DNA of 20,403 bases from Cyanobacteria bacterium J06626_4 (GCA_038523235.1 JBCBJQ010000105.1:1-20403), one strand, 5' to 3'; counted from the first letter of the stretch, positions 7,784 through 17,381 are shown. A program made the numbers and translations. Notes: generated by a model from the letters alone, not told the origin.

Positions 7784-10759
7784 TCAAGGGCAAGGGGGGA
7801 CTCCCTCTGTACCCTCTACAAAGTCCGCATTGGTCTCAATATCAGCGGGGTTAAAGGTACCCACATTTCTGGCGGTCACATTTGCCTGGTCAATCACTTG
7901 AAACTGACCAGCCCCAACGCTGACGAATTCAAAGCCATCGCCGCCAGGCGTGGTAACAGTGTTGTTATCGAGTGCTAGGCAAAAGTCTGCATCAGCCGTG
8001 TGCTCAATACTCACGCCATTAGCGCCAGGGTTGGTAATCGTATTGTCGGTCACAGTCGCAGTGACGTTGGCATTGTCTTCGATTAAGTTAAGTTCAATCC
8101 CGTCATCACCGGTATTGGTGATGGTATTACCCGTCACGGTAATATCCGCCGTAGCATTTTCTTGAATGTCATTAAAGAAAACGCCCTCTTCCCCTACGTC
8201 CGAGATTTGATTGTTGAGGATGTTAACCGTGGCATTGGCATTATCTTCAATCACGTCAAATTCGATGCCTTCTCTTCCTGCCCCAAGAATGTTGTTCTCT
8301 GCGATGGTGATATTGGACACGGTATTGTTTTCAATCTCATTAAAGAGAATGCCTTCTTCATCGGCAACCGTAATCGTATTGCCGGTCACAGTAATGGTCG
8401 CATTGGCACGGTTTTCAATATTGTCAAACTCGATCCCTGTCTCACCAGTATTGATTTGATTGTTTTCAATGGTAACGGTTGCGATCGCATAGTTTTCAAT
8501 GTCACCAAACTCGATGCCCTCAAAGGGTACATTGCTAATTTGATTGTTGGCGACAGTAATGGTGGCATTGGCATTGTTTTCAATATTGTCAATTTCGATG
8601 CCATCCCCCCCGGCAACCAGCGGATCCACATTTACGGCATCAATCACATTGTCTGAGACTGTAATCGTGGCGACCGCATTGCCCTCAATGTCATCAATGA
8701 AAATACTGTCCAGTTGAGCATCCGTAATTTGATTGTTGGCCACCGTGATATTGGCGATGGCGTCTTCCTCAATGAGGCCAAATTCAATGCCCGCTGCACC
8801 AATTGTGTTCAAGGTATTATTGGCGACGGCCACCGTGGCATTATCGGTGCCGTTAATGTCATCAAAGAAGATGCCATCGTCAGTTGTATTCGAGATTTGA
8901 TTGCGAACAATCGTCACCGTGCCATCAATATCGGGCAGGTTAATACCGACATTGGCATTGGTAATGGTATTGTCTTCGATCTTAATCCCCTCACCATTGG
9001 CCACAATGCCATCTGCCCCAGCCGGATTAATCGCTAGGCCCGAGACCAAGGTGTTGTTGCCGATAGTTGCCGTGCCGCTGACGGTCGGTAAATTGCCGCT
9101 GCCAGATCCTGGCAATGTCACTTCCCCAAATTGAGTATTTAACAGTTGGGTCGGCCCAACTGAGCGCACTTGTACCCCATCTGGCAGGGTAAAGGCACCG
9201 CCTGCATCACCCGCCTGCACATAAATAATGTTGTCGGCGTTGGCGGTGGCAATATCAGTGGCATTGGCAATGGTATCGAGCGGCGCTTCAAAGGTACCTA
9301 CTGCTGCGGCTAACCCTGTCGTCGGGTCAACATGATGGAAAACAAACGCCTGGTTCGTATCGGGGTTGATGGCAATAAGGCCAGTTTGGGAAATCGAAAC
9401 ATCCGTTTGGTTCTCTACCAAAACAGTATTGGTACGCGCAATGGGTTCTCCGGCTCTGGCCCACAGCCGCGCTTGTGAGTTCTCTTCCGTAGCGGATGGA
9501 CGTTGCGCTGGGGCGCCTAACAACGCACTCACTGAAAAGATCGCGTTCGTGCCAAATACACCGTCATTCTGAACGCCTAGACCAACCCGCAAGTTGTTTT
9601 GAATGCGGTAGTCTAGCGAGGCCCGAACCCCTAAACTATCTTGAGAGGCTTCTCCACCCAAGTAATACACACCGCCTCGCCCCCACAAGCTGCTCCCTTC
9701 ACCAAAGTCAAATAGTTCAAGGCCACCGTCGAGTGACACAGTGGTCAGGGCAGCTTGTATCTGGTCAATTTGCTGCTCATCAAACGCCAATTGATTACTG
9801 ACAAACTGAGGGTTGACGACCTGGGTCTCGGTGTCAACGACCTGACGGGCATTGCTCAAAGGCAGGTTGGCATTGAAGGTTAAGTCCCAGTTCTCGCCTA
9901 GTAGCTCAGTGCCAACGCCCACCTGGGTAGCGGTAAGATCGTCCGTACTGCGAGCATCTAGCGCCGCATAAGCGCCCCATATGGTGCTGTCGTTGAGCAG
10001 GGCTCGGTAGCCAGCTTGCACGCCACCGCCAAAGTCGCCGGTGTTATCTAAACTCACCCGGCCCTCAATAAAGGTGACATTTTGCCCCGGCGTTTGAAAT
10101 ACCGGGAGAAAACCACCAAAGCTACCAAAGCCTGCAAAGCCAGCACCTTCGTTGTAATTGAGATTGAAGAAGGGTTGCAGACGGAGTGCCGCCGCTTCTG
10201 TCGCGATTGGGGTTGTTTCTGGGGGCGGGGACTGGGCCGTCTGGGCTTGATCAGTCTGAGTTTGAGCGATCGCATCGGCGGCAACCGGGCTGGCGATGCG
10301 CTCAGGGAGAGGCTGCGCCATTGCTTCAGCTGAAATGGCCAATATACTCGCTAAAGATAAGCAATAACTCAGACATCGCTTAATGCCTGTATTGCCAGTA
10401 GTCCGTAGCTTTTGAAACCGGTTTGAGAGACGAGATCGATCGTTAACATCCTGTGGGGGGATAATGGCGGCACCCTTGGCAGCCACCCGCTCAATTTCAT
10501 CTTCACGCAAGCGTCGATTCACGGGTGGCATCAGCGCCCTGACTTCTGATGCGCTGAGGGCCGTGTGGGAAAACTGACCGACCCGATTATCAAGATGAAT
10601 AGTCGACGCTCTAGAAAATGACTTAACAGCATTGCCAATCCGAGCATCGCCATTCCATAAAATGCGATGAGATTGGCCTTTGACACCACTTACGGCATCT
10701 GGGTCGATCGTCCTTTTTCTCTCATTGAATTGCCAGTGATGGGCAGGCTGAATAGTCAT
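7784..10759 (-). CDS. Inverse-autotransporter-like outer membrane protein with a right-handed beta-helix passenger, carrying an N-terminal LamG-derived extension
   Basis: 991-aa ORF. Signal-like segment KRCLSYCLSLASILAISAEAMA-Q at aa 127-149. Beta-barrel strands (GFLPVFQTPG..TFIEGR...GYRAL...WGAYAALD...QVGVGTELLGENWDLTFNANLPL...GVRASLDYR). Linker RLWARAGEPIARTN, then GTFEAPLDTI and acidic ~28-aa repeats GIEFxxIExxAxAxITVxxNxI. Residues 1-125 align to the LamG protein. The true start is uncertain. Confidence 0.85.
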   Translation of the reverse strand: MTIQPAHHWQFNERKRTIDPDAVSGVKGQSHRILWNGDARIGNAVKSFSRASTIHLDNRVGQFSHTALSASEVRALMPPVNRRLREDEIERVAAKGAAIIPPQDVNDRSRLSNRFQKLRTTGNTGIKRCLSYCLSLASILAISAEAMAQPLPERIASPVAADAIAQTQTDQAQTAQSPPPETTPIATEAAALRLQPFFNLNYNEGAGFAGFGSFGGFLPVFQTPGQNVTFIEGRVSLDNTGDFGGGVQAGYRALLNDSTIWGAYAALDARSTDDLTATQVGVGTELLGENWDLTFNANLPLSNARQVVDTETQVVNPQFVSNQLAFDEQQIDQIQAALTTVSLDGGLELFDFGEGSSLWGRGGVYYLGGEASQDSLGVRASLDYRIQNNLRVGLGVQNDGVFGTNAIFSVSALLGAPAQRPSATEENSQARLWARAGEPIARTNTVLVENQTDVSISQTGLIAINPDTNQAFVFHHVDPTTGLAAAVGTFEAPLDTIANATDIATANADNIIYVQAGDAGGAFTLPDGVQVRSVGPTQLLNTQFGEVTLPGSGSGNLPTVSGTATIGNNTLVSGLAINPAGADGIVANGEGIKIEDNTITNANVGINLPDIDGTVTIVRNQISNTTDDGIFFDDINGTDNATVAVANNTLNTIGAAGIEFGLIEEDAIANITVANNQITDAQLDSIFIDDIEGNAVATITVSDNVIDAVNVDPLVAGGDGIEIDNIENNANATITVANNQISNVPFEGIEFGDIENYAIATVTIENNQINTGETGIEFDNIENRANATITVTGNTITVADEEGILFNEIENNTVSNITIAENNILGAGREGIEFDVIEDNANATVNILNNQISDVGEEGVFFNDIQENATADITVTGNTITNTGDDGIELNLIEDNANVTATVTDNTITNPGANGVSIEHTADADFCLALDNNTVTTPGGDGFEFVSVGAGQFQVIDQANVTARNVGTFNPADIETNADFVEGTEGVPPCP

Positions 10760-11691
10760 GGGCTTTTCCTATTGCGAGTGGTTTATGTCTTGGTTTAGTT
10801 ACACCTAAATTCAGTTTTCTTGAGAATTAAAACTGCAAATTAGACGTAATCAAAGCTAATTAGCGTTCTTTTGAATAGTTTTCAGGCAATCCAAGAGTCG
10901 CGTATAGAGTTGCTTCCATCATTGACTTAAAAATTCCGGAGAAAATCCTAGAATTTTATGAGCATCTTTTTGGGATTTTAATAAATTAAATAAATCCGAA
11001 AAAATTGCACAGCAAAAAACATCCTGATAAAGATTCAGGATGTTTTCAACGAGTACTTTAGATGAGAAAAAGTGCTCAGAGGTAGATGATTGATTGTCGT
11101 TCTACGAGCAATGCGTCAGTGCCACAAAATCGCTCGAATTAAACTTGCAAATAACTTTGTTAACTGCAAGCGATCGATACAAATGGTGTTTAACTTTGGA
11201 TGAGTTCGCTTTCAGCGCCTGCCAGATCGTCTTGGTCGGTTTTGATTACTCGGTATGCCATCACAGCGCCAGCATCTCTAACCGCAACCTGGGCAATGCC
11301 TCACGTGAACCTCCTCGAAACAATCAGTATTGATCGGTTTGATATCAGTACAAGTGAGATGCCGGTTTGGATTTAAAGCAAAGCAAATTCCCTGCAAAAC
11401 CTTGGCCTGTGAAGATTGCGGCGATGGCGGGGCCAGTGGGCTGCGGGGGGAGATCGGCACGGTTGAACCAGTCGATCGCCTCAGTTACCCACATGCGAGA
11501 CTGATCGAGAGGTTTTTGGCTAGAAAAAATCAGCGTTGCGACCAGTCGCCGCCCTGGAGAGGGTTAATACCAATTCTTCGTGATCGCGCTACAGATCGAT
11601 GATCCCCCGCTATCGCCGCCCCCTTGAAAAAGGGGCTTTGGAGAATTCATATGTGTAGCTGTAATTTGCAGAACTGGTATAACTCAGCTAA
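10760..11691. repeat. Copy B of the duplicated upstream module
   Basis: Colinear with 4828-5742, interrupted by an insertion at 11567-11679. Ends at CAGCTAA, which overlaps the sigma factor stop codon. Confidence 0.95.
11567..11680. mobile_element. ~113-bp MITE-like element with nested inverted repeats
   Basis: Terminal IR ATACCAATTCT / AGAACTGGTAT (10 of 11 match). Inner IR GCTACA (11588-93) / TGTAGC (11654-59). Central hairpin GCCCCCTTGAAAAAGGGGC. Absent from copy A, whose site reads GGGTTAATTCAG, consistent with a TA target duplication. Confidence 0.7.
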
Positions 11692-12278
11692 TGAGCCAAA
11701 TCTTGGAGTTTTGCTTTGAGGTTAAGCAGGCCCTGACGCATCCGCGACTTGACCGTTCCTAAAGGAATATGCGTGTGACGGGCAATTTCGGCTTGACTCA
11801 GCCCATGATAAAAACCTAGCCATAACAAATCTCCCTGCTGGTCGGGGAGGGCTTGTAGTGCCTCTCGAACTTGGTGCGATCGCTCCCCCTGTGGTGCCCA
11901 ATCCTCAGGCAGCGATAAAGCCTCCACAGACGCCTCCTGATGAGTCAACCTCTTAAGAATGCGATGTCGATTTTTGCCACTCCGTACGCGATCAATCGCG
12001 CGATGGCGCGTGACGGTACTCAAAAAACGACTGAGAGAGCCACGGTTAGGGTCATAGGTCGATTTTTGCCCGAGATTCATAAAGATTTCTTGGGTTAAGT
12101 TTTCCGCTTCGGGGCCACTGTTTAAGATGCGCCAGGCGATCGTGTACACCAGCCGCGAGTAGCGATCGTATAAGGCCGTTAATGCCGACTTATTGCCCTG
12201 TTGCAGGGCAATAACTAAGGCTGCATCGGTCTCGTTTTCCCCCTGTGGAGATTGACTTACGGGAAGTGTAGACGGCAT
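11688..12278 (-). CDS. ECF sigma-70 family RNA polymerase sigma factor (SigK-like)
   Basis: Region 2: DAALVIALQQGNKSALTALYDRYSRLVY..AWRIL...AENLTQEIF...YDPNRGSLSRFL..VTRHRAIDRVR. Region 4: LQALPDQQ...FYHGLSQAEIA..THIPLGTVKSRMRQGL. ATG at 12278 is preferred over TTG at 12296. Confidence 0.9.
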   Translation of the reverse strand: MPSTLPVSQSPQGENETDAALVIALQQGNKSALTALYDRYSRLVYTIAWRILNSGPEAENLTQEIFMNLGQKSTYDPNRGSLSRFLSTVTRHRAIDRVRSGKNRHRILKRLTHQEASVEALSLPEDWAPQGERSHQVREALQALPDQQGDLLWLGFYHGLSQAEIARHTHIPLGTVKSRMRQGLLNLKAKLQDLAH

Positions 12279-12355
12279 AGGTGCACCACCCCTCAAACGT
12301 AAAATTATCTGAAATCAGGCGATTCTTTAGCGGCGATCGCCCTACTGTAGGCCGC

Positions 12356-12433
12356 TTAAGGCGATGGCATGTCTTGTGCGACACTCCCCTGCCTTTCGTG
12401 GAACTGCCAGTGATATGTGGGGTGAATAGTCAT
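12356..12433 (-). pseudogene. Third, short copy of the LamG gene start (25-aa uORF or relic) upstream of the sigma factor
   Basis: ATG at 12433 reads MTIHPTYHWQFHERQGSVAQDMPSP*, against MTIQPTYHWQFNERKGTIARDAIA in the intact gene. Removing 2 nt restores QDAIA. It is below the ORF-track length cutoff. Confidence 0.8.
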
Positions 12434-12567
12434 GATATTTTCCCTGCCGTGAAGTGCTGATACTAAAACAGAACAGCGTGCTTCAGAGCCATCTAGACCA
12501 CTCAGATAGCGACGCTCATGCAATCGTTCTTAGCTTGGCTCAGCTCACTAGAGGGCACCAGTCAAGT

Positions 12568-12703
12568 TCACAACTTAGGCAGTCACAACTTAAAGTGGCT
12601 TCGGAGTTGTGCTCTAGAAAGCAGGCAGGATAAGGCTTGCAGGCATCTCTCTTGACTGGGGGCGATGGTCACAAATTAAGTCTTGAGTCTTTATCACAAC
12701 TTA
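12568..12703. promoter_or_regulatory. Cluster of TCACAACTTA direct repeats in the divergent intergenic region; candidate operator sites
   Basis: TCACAACTTA at 12568, 12583 and 12694; TCACAAATTA at 12669; inverted partial copy GAGTTGTGC at 12604. Confidence 0.6.
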
Positions 12704-12793
12704 AGCGCCTTACCATAAGGCCAGTCAGACGGGTTGCGGAAAGCTGACAGCCAACCCTGAAGTCTTCATCCGATTGAATCTGTTTGAATCTCG

Positions 12794-15700
12794 ATGGTGG
12801 AAAGGTTGAGAAGAGGGAAACGTAGACGTGGCGTCAGACTCTCCTCCCAAGGGTGGGAACGACTGCAAACGGCAGAAAGCCAGCAGGCCATTAAAGACAA
12901 CGATCGCCAACCCTACACCTTGGAAGTGCTCGCTCAAATTACGGGACTGAGCATTAACACTCTGACGAAGGTGCGCTCTGGTAAGGCCCCCGTCGATCGC
13001 CAGACGATCGCCGATTATTTTGAGGCGTTTGGCCTGACGCTAACGCCGGTAGACTATGTGCGCCCAGAAGCCGTCGCCGACGATTCCCCCGCCTCAGTCG
13101 TAGAGGCTGCGATCGCCCATGTACCGATCGCCAACGGGCAAGTTGATTGGGGCGAGGCCCCCGATGTCTCGATCTTTCATGGTCGGACGGAGGAGCTAGC
13201 CACTCTGGAAACCTGGCTACAGGGCGATCGCTGTCGGCTAGTGGGGATTTTGGGCATGGGGGGCATTGGCAAAAGTGCCCTGTCGGTTAAGCTGGCCCAG
13301 CAGCTGCGGGGGGCGTTTGATTTTGTGGTCTGGCGATCGCTACGGAACGCTCCTCCGTTAGACAGCCTGCTACAGGATCTGGTGCAATTTTTATCAGATC
13401 AAACAGACTCGAAGGCGACACCCAATCGTCTCCGGCACTGGCTGCAAGCGTCTCGCTGCCTGGTGATTTTAGATAATGTCGAGACCATTCTTCAGGCCAG
13501 CGATCGGGCCGGGCAATATCGCGTCGGCTATGAGCGCTATGGCGACCTGTTCCGCCTGTTGGGGGAATCGCCGCACCAAAGCTGTGTCCTCATCACCAGT
13601 CGTGAGAAACCGGCGGAAATTGCCATATTTGAAGGGATGGAGCTGGCGGTGCGATCGCTCCAACTCCGCGGCTCTCTCAAAACGGCTTTAGGCGTCATTG
13701 AGACCAAAGATCTGGTGGGCAGCCTCCAGCAAAAACAAGAGCTTTGCGAACGCTATGGCTGTAGCCCCTTGGCGTTAAAAATTGCGGCAGGGTCGATTCA
13801 GGCTTTATTTGACAGTGAGATTGGTCCCTTTTTAGACGAGGGCGTCTTTCTCTTTAACGGCACCCAGCGCCTGCTGGATCAACAGTTTGAGCGGCTCTCG
13901 GCCCTGGAAAAAACCATCATGTATTGGTTAGCTATCAACCGTGAGTGGACCACCATTCCAGCGCTGGTGAGCGATCTGGTGCCTGCGGTTCCCCGGTCAA
14001 GACTCCTCGAAGCCCTGGAGTCATTGGGCTGGCGCTCGCTGATTGAACAACAATCTAGACACTATACCCAGCAGCCGGTCGTGATGGAATACGTCACAGA
14101 ACGGCTAATTGAGCAGATGGTCACTGAAATCACCGAGCAAAAACCGGCCCGGCTGATCAGCCATGCGTTACTCAAAACGACCGCAAATGACATTGTTCAA
14201 CAAACGCAATTCAACCTCATCCTCGAACCCATTGCCCAACAGCTTTTAGCCCATCTGGGCAGCGCCGCAGACATTGCGACGACGCTCACTCAGTGCCTCG
14301 ACCCTTTACGCGGAAAACCGCCCGCACAATCCGGTTACGCCGGCGGTAATGCCCTCAACCTCATGCGTCAGCTCCAGATTGAGGTGACCCACTGTGACTT
14401 CTCTAATCTCACGATCTGGCAAGCCTATTTACAGGGACTCAACCTCCATCAAGCCAACTTTTCCCAGGCCCACTTTTCGCAAACGACTTTTTATGACGCC
14501 TTCGGGGGCATTCATGCCGTCGCCGTCAGTCCCGATGGCAGTCTGTTTGCCGCCGCCGGCACGAGCGGCGTGATTCAACTTTGGCAGATGGCGAACGGTG
14601 AAGAATATGGCTGCTGTCGCGGCCACGATGGCTGGATCTGGTCGATCGCCTTTAGTCCCGATGGTGAATGGCTGGTGAGCGGCAGCGCCGACCAAACGGT
14701 AAAAATTTGGGATGTCAAAACCGGCTGCTGTCTGCACACCTTGCCAGGGCACACGAATTGGGTGCGATCGGTGGTGTTTAGCCCCGATGGCCAGCTCGTG
14801 GCGAGCGGCAGTTCCGATCAGACGGTCAAACTCTGGGATTTAGAGGGCCGTTGTCTGAAAACTCTGAAGGGACATACGAATTATGTGCAAGGAGTCGCCT
14901 TTAGCCCGGATGGTCAACTGATCGCATCCGCCGGTTGGGATCAACGGCTCAACATTTGGGAGCTGGCGAGCGGTGACTGCTTGCAAAGCATAGAAGATGC
15001 GAACAGTTTTTGGTCGCTGGCGTTTAGTCCCGATGGTCAGGCGATCGCCACGGGCAGCACGGATGAAACCGTCAAGATTTGGGATGTGCAGACGGGGCAG
15101 CGCTGCCAAACCTTCACCGGCCACACCCACGCGATTCGCTCGGTGGCCTTTAGTTCTGACGGTCAGGAACTCGTGAGCGGCGGCGGTGATCAGACGATAA
15201 AGATCTGGCACGTGCCGGAGGGTCGCTGCCTCAAGACCCTGTCCGGCCACAACAATTGGATTTGGTCGATCGCCTTTAGTCCCGATGGCCGCACCCTGGT
15301 CAGCGGCGGTGAAGACCAAACGGTCAGAATTTGGCAGACTCAAACGGGACACTGTTTGAAGTCATTGACCGGCTACGCCAACGCCGTACGGGCGATCGCC
15401 TTTAGCCCCGATGGGCAAACCTTGGTCAGTGGCAGCGATGACTATGCCGTTAAGCTTTGGGATATCGCACGGGAACGGTGTCTCAAAACCTTCAGCGGCC
15501 ACCAGAACTGGATTTTGTCGGTGGCTGTGCATCCGGATAACGGCCTGATCGCCAGCAGCAGTGCCGATCAAACCGTGAAAATTTGGGATATCCAGCGCCA
15601 CCGCTGTGTGCGGACACTGCCGGGGCACACCAATACCGTTTGGTCCGTGGCCTTTAGCCCCAAACGTCAACTCCTCGCGAGTGGCGGCCACGACCGCACT

Positions 15701-16366
15701 ATCCACCTCTGGGATATTCAAGACGGTCACCGGTTGGCCGTGCTAGCGCATCCCAGTCAGGTGCGATCGGTGGCCTTTAGCCCCGATGGACAAACGTTGG
15801 TGAGTGGGTCTTCTGACAAACACGTCCGGCTGTGGGAGGTCAACAGCGGTCAGTGCCTGCGGGTGCTGTCGGGGCATACCGGGATGGTGTGGACGGTTGC
15901 CTGTAGTGCCAACCCGCCCATGAGTGCCAACCCGCTCATGATTGCGAGTGGCAGTTCCGATAAGACTCTCCGCCTATGGGATGCCCAGACTGGCGACTGT
16001 CTCAAAACGTTGGAGGGGCACACAAATTGGATCTGGTCGGTGGCGTTTAGCCCGCAGGGCCATCTCCTAGCCAGTGGTAGCGCCGACAAAACCGTGAAGC
16101 TCTGGGATATTCACGATGGCCGGTGTCTGCAGACGTTGGTGGGCCATGCCAATGTGGTGCGATCGCTGGCCTTCCACCCGCAAGGCAATACCCTGGCCAG
16201 TGTCAGTGAAGATGAAACGATCAAACTCTGGGACGTTAAAACTGGTGAATGTCTCAAAACGCTGAGGGGCGATCGGCCTTATGAAGGCATGGACATCACC
16301 GGAGCCCAAGGACTCACCGATGCTCAGAAGGCGACACTAGAGGTCTTAGGTGCGATGGGGATATAA
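12794..16366 (+). CDS. STAND NTPase: N-terminal XRE-like HTH, NB-ARC domain, short pentapeptide-like segment and 14 WD40 repeats
   Basis: 1190-aa [19 protein letters not shown]...[20 protein letters not shown] (HTH-like). [18 protein letters not shown], Walker A GMGGIGKS, Walker [23 protein letters not shown] count 14 [24 protein letters not shown]-type repeats. C-terminal [10 protein letters not shown]. Confidence 0.95.
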   Translation: MVERLRRGKRRRGVRLSSQGWERLQTAESQQAIKDNDRQPYTLEVLAQITGLSINTLTKVRSGKAPVDRQTIADYFEAFGLTLTPVDYVRPEAVADDSPASVVEAAIAHVPIANGQVDWGEAPDVSIFHGRTEELATLETWLQGDRCRLVGILGMGGIGKSALSVKLAQQLRGAFDFVVWRSLRNAPPLDSLLQDLVQFLSDQTDSKATPNRLRHWLQASRCLVILDNVETILQASDRAGQYRVGYERYGDLFRLLGESPHQSCVLITSREKPAEIAIFEGMELAVRSLQLRGSLKTALGVIETKDLVGSLQQKQELCERYGCSPLALKIAAGSIQALFDSEIGPFLDEGVFLFNGTQRLLDQQFERLSALEKTIMYWLAINREWTTIPALVSDLVPAVPRSRLLEALESLGWRSLIEQQSRHYTQQPVVMEYVTERLIEQMVTEITEQKPARLISHALLKTTANDIVQQTQFNLILEPIAQQLLAHLGSAADIATTLTQCLDPLRGKPPAQSGYAGGNALNLMRQLQIEVTHCDFSNLTIWQAYLQGLNLHQANFSQAHFSQTTFYDAFGGIHAVAVSPDGSLFAAAGTSGVIQLWQMANGEEYGCCRGHDGWIWSIAFSPDGEWLVSGSADQTVKIWDVKTGCCLHTLPGHTNWVRSVVFSPDGQLVASGSSDQTVKLWDLEGRCLKTLKGHTNYVQGVAFSPDGQLIASAGWDQRLNIWELASGDCLQSIEDANSFWSLAFSPDGQAIATGSTDETVKIWDVQTGQRCQTFTGHTHAIRSVAFSSDGQELVSGGGDQTIKIWHVPEGRCLKTLSGHNNWIWSIAFSPDGRTLVSGGEDQTVRIWQTQTGHCLKSLTGYANAVRAIAFSPDGQTLVSGSDDYAVKLWDIARERCLKTFSGHQNWILSVAVHPDNGLIASSSADQTVKIWDIQRHRCVRTLPGHTNTVWSVAFSPKRQLLASGGHDRTIHLWDIQDGHRLAVLAHPSQVRSVAFSPDGQTLVSGSSDKHVRLWEVNSGQCLRVLSGHTGMVWTVACSANPPMSANPLMIASGSSDKTLRLWDAQTGDCLKTLEGHTNWIWSVAFSPQGHLLASGSADKTVKLWDIHDGRCLQTLVGHANVVRSLAFHPQGNTLASVSEDETIKLWDVKTGECLKTLRGDRPYEGMDITGAQGLTDAQKATLEVLGAMGI
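16158..16366 (+). repeat. Left copy of a ~209-bp direct repeat (3' end of the WD40 gene)
   Basis: Colinear with 18306-18514; starts at TGCGATCGC (HIP1). Confidence 0.95.
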
Positions 16367-16439
16367 GCAACGCTTGCGTAAGTCTTGATTCTGCGTTATT
16401 GCCACCGTCTACCTCGTTCAAGTTAAACCTGATTTGAAT

Positions 16440-17207
16440 TTAGAGGAACATGCCGCCGGAAACTTCGATTCTCTGGCCATTAATCCAGCGGCTGTCTTCA
16501 GAGAGTAAAGAGGCGATCGCGCCCCCAATATCATCGGGCACACCCACGCGGCCTAAAGCTGTTTGCGAGGCAATAAAGTCATTCATAGTTTTATTGTCAC
16601 GCACTGCGCCGCCCCCAAAATCCGTTTCAATGGCACCAGGAGCAATTGTATTAACGGCGATTTGTCTTTCACCCATTTCCTTTGCCAGGTATCGGGTCAG
16701 GACCTCTATTCCCCCCTTCATTGCCCCATAGGCAGAGAATCCTGGTAGCGCGAATCTGGCCAGACCCGTTGAAATGTTGACGATTCGTCCGCCATCTTTG
16801 ATCACCGAGAGAAGTTTTTGCGTGAGGAAGAAAACGCCCTTTAGCTGAATATTCATTAAGCGGTCAAAATCTTCTTCAGTCGTCTCAGTAAAGGGCTTAT
16901 TGATGCCAATTCCGGCGTTGTTAATCAGAAAATCAAACTGTTCCGTTTGCCAGATATCCTGGAGTACCCGATTGACCTGTACGACAAACCCATCAAAGGT
17001 TTGGGTATCAGAGCTATCTAGCTGTAGGGCAACCGCTTTGCGGCCCATCGATTGAATTTCGGAAACCACCTTGTTAGCTTCAGCCTGACTGCTGTGATAG
17101 GTCACAATCACATCGACGCCTTTTTGGGCCAGCGTCAATGCGGTGTTTTTACCCAACCCTCGGCTTGATCCGGTGACTAGTGCGATTCTTTGAATGTTCT
17201 GTGTCAT
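16440..17207 (-). CDS. Short-chain dehydrogenase/reductase (SDR family oxidoreductase)
   Basis: 255 aa with TGSSRGLG, LINNAG, catalytic YGAMK, VNTIAPGAIETD and WINGQRIEVSGG. Confidence 0.95.
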   Translation of the reverse strand: MTQNIQRIALVTGSSRGLGKNTALTLAQKGVDVIVTYHSSQAEANKVVSEIQSMGRKAVALQLDSSDTQTFDGFVVQVNRVLQDIWQTEQFDFLINNAGIGINKPFTETTEEDFDRLMNIQLKGVFFLTQKLLSVIKDGGRIVNISTGLARFALPGFSAYGAMKGGIEVLTRYLAKEMGERQIAVNTIAPGAIETDFGGGAVRDNKTMNDFIASQTALGRVGVPDDIGGAIASLLSEDSRWINGQRIEVSGGMFL

Positions 17208-17271
17208 TGCCTTATCCTTTCAGCCTTTGCTTGACATGGGTTTATCGTAGGCTGGAAGAAATGGGTTCTGA

Positions 17272-17305
17272 ATACCTAAACCTGGCAGGTTATTGCCTGA
17301 TCCTC
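17272..17305. promoter_or_regulatory. Candidate AraC-family binding site: two imperfect half-sites 21 bp apart
   Basis: ATACCTAAACCTG (17272) and TTGCCTGATCCTC (17293) lie between the divergent SDR and AraC genes. Direct repeats about two helical turns apart are typical of AraC-family operators. Confidence 0.4.
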
Positions 17306-17381
17306 TCAAGCCAGAGGTTGACTGAGAGCCGATTTTCTATAATGAATCTGTAGGCAACGAGCTCAGTCATCGACACCCACC

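Noticed and set aside
7950..10383. Antisense ORFs and the ~84-bp periodicity within the autotransporter gene, considered as a possible array
   Set aside because: The periodicity is explained by degenerate protein beta-helix repeats; there are no identical DNA repeats with unique spacers.
12279..12433. In-frame fusion of the third LamG leader to the sigma factor
   Set aside because: Even after removing the 2-nt insertion, the sigma frame contains TAG, TAA and TGA between the leader and the sigma start. The SDNFTFEGW LamG-like motif lies in a different frame.
12568..12703. TCACAACTTA repeats as a mini-CRISPR or plasmid iterons
   Set aside because: The unit is only 10 bp and irregularly spaced, with no cas or rep gene nearby.
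14429..16309. Repetitive DNA and antisense ORFs in the WD40 region, considered as CRISPR or DGR-like repeats
   Set aside because: These are ~126-bp coding WD40 repeats. No cas or reverse transcriptase gene is present.
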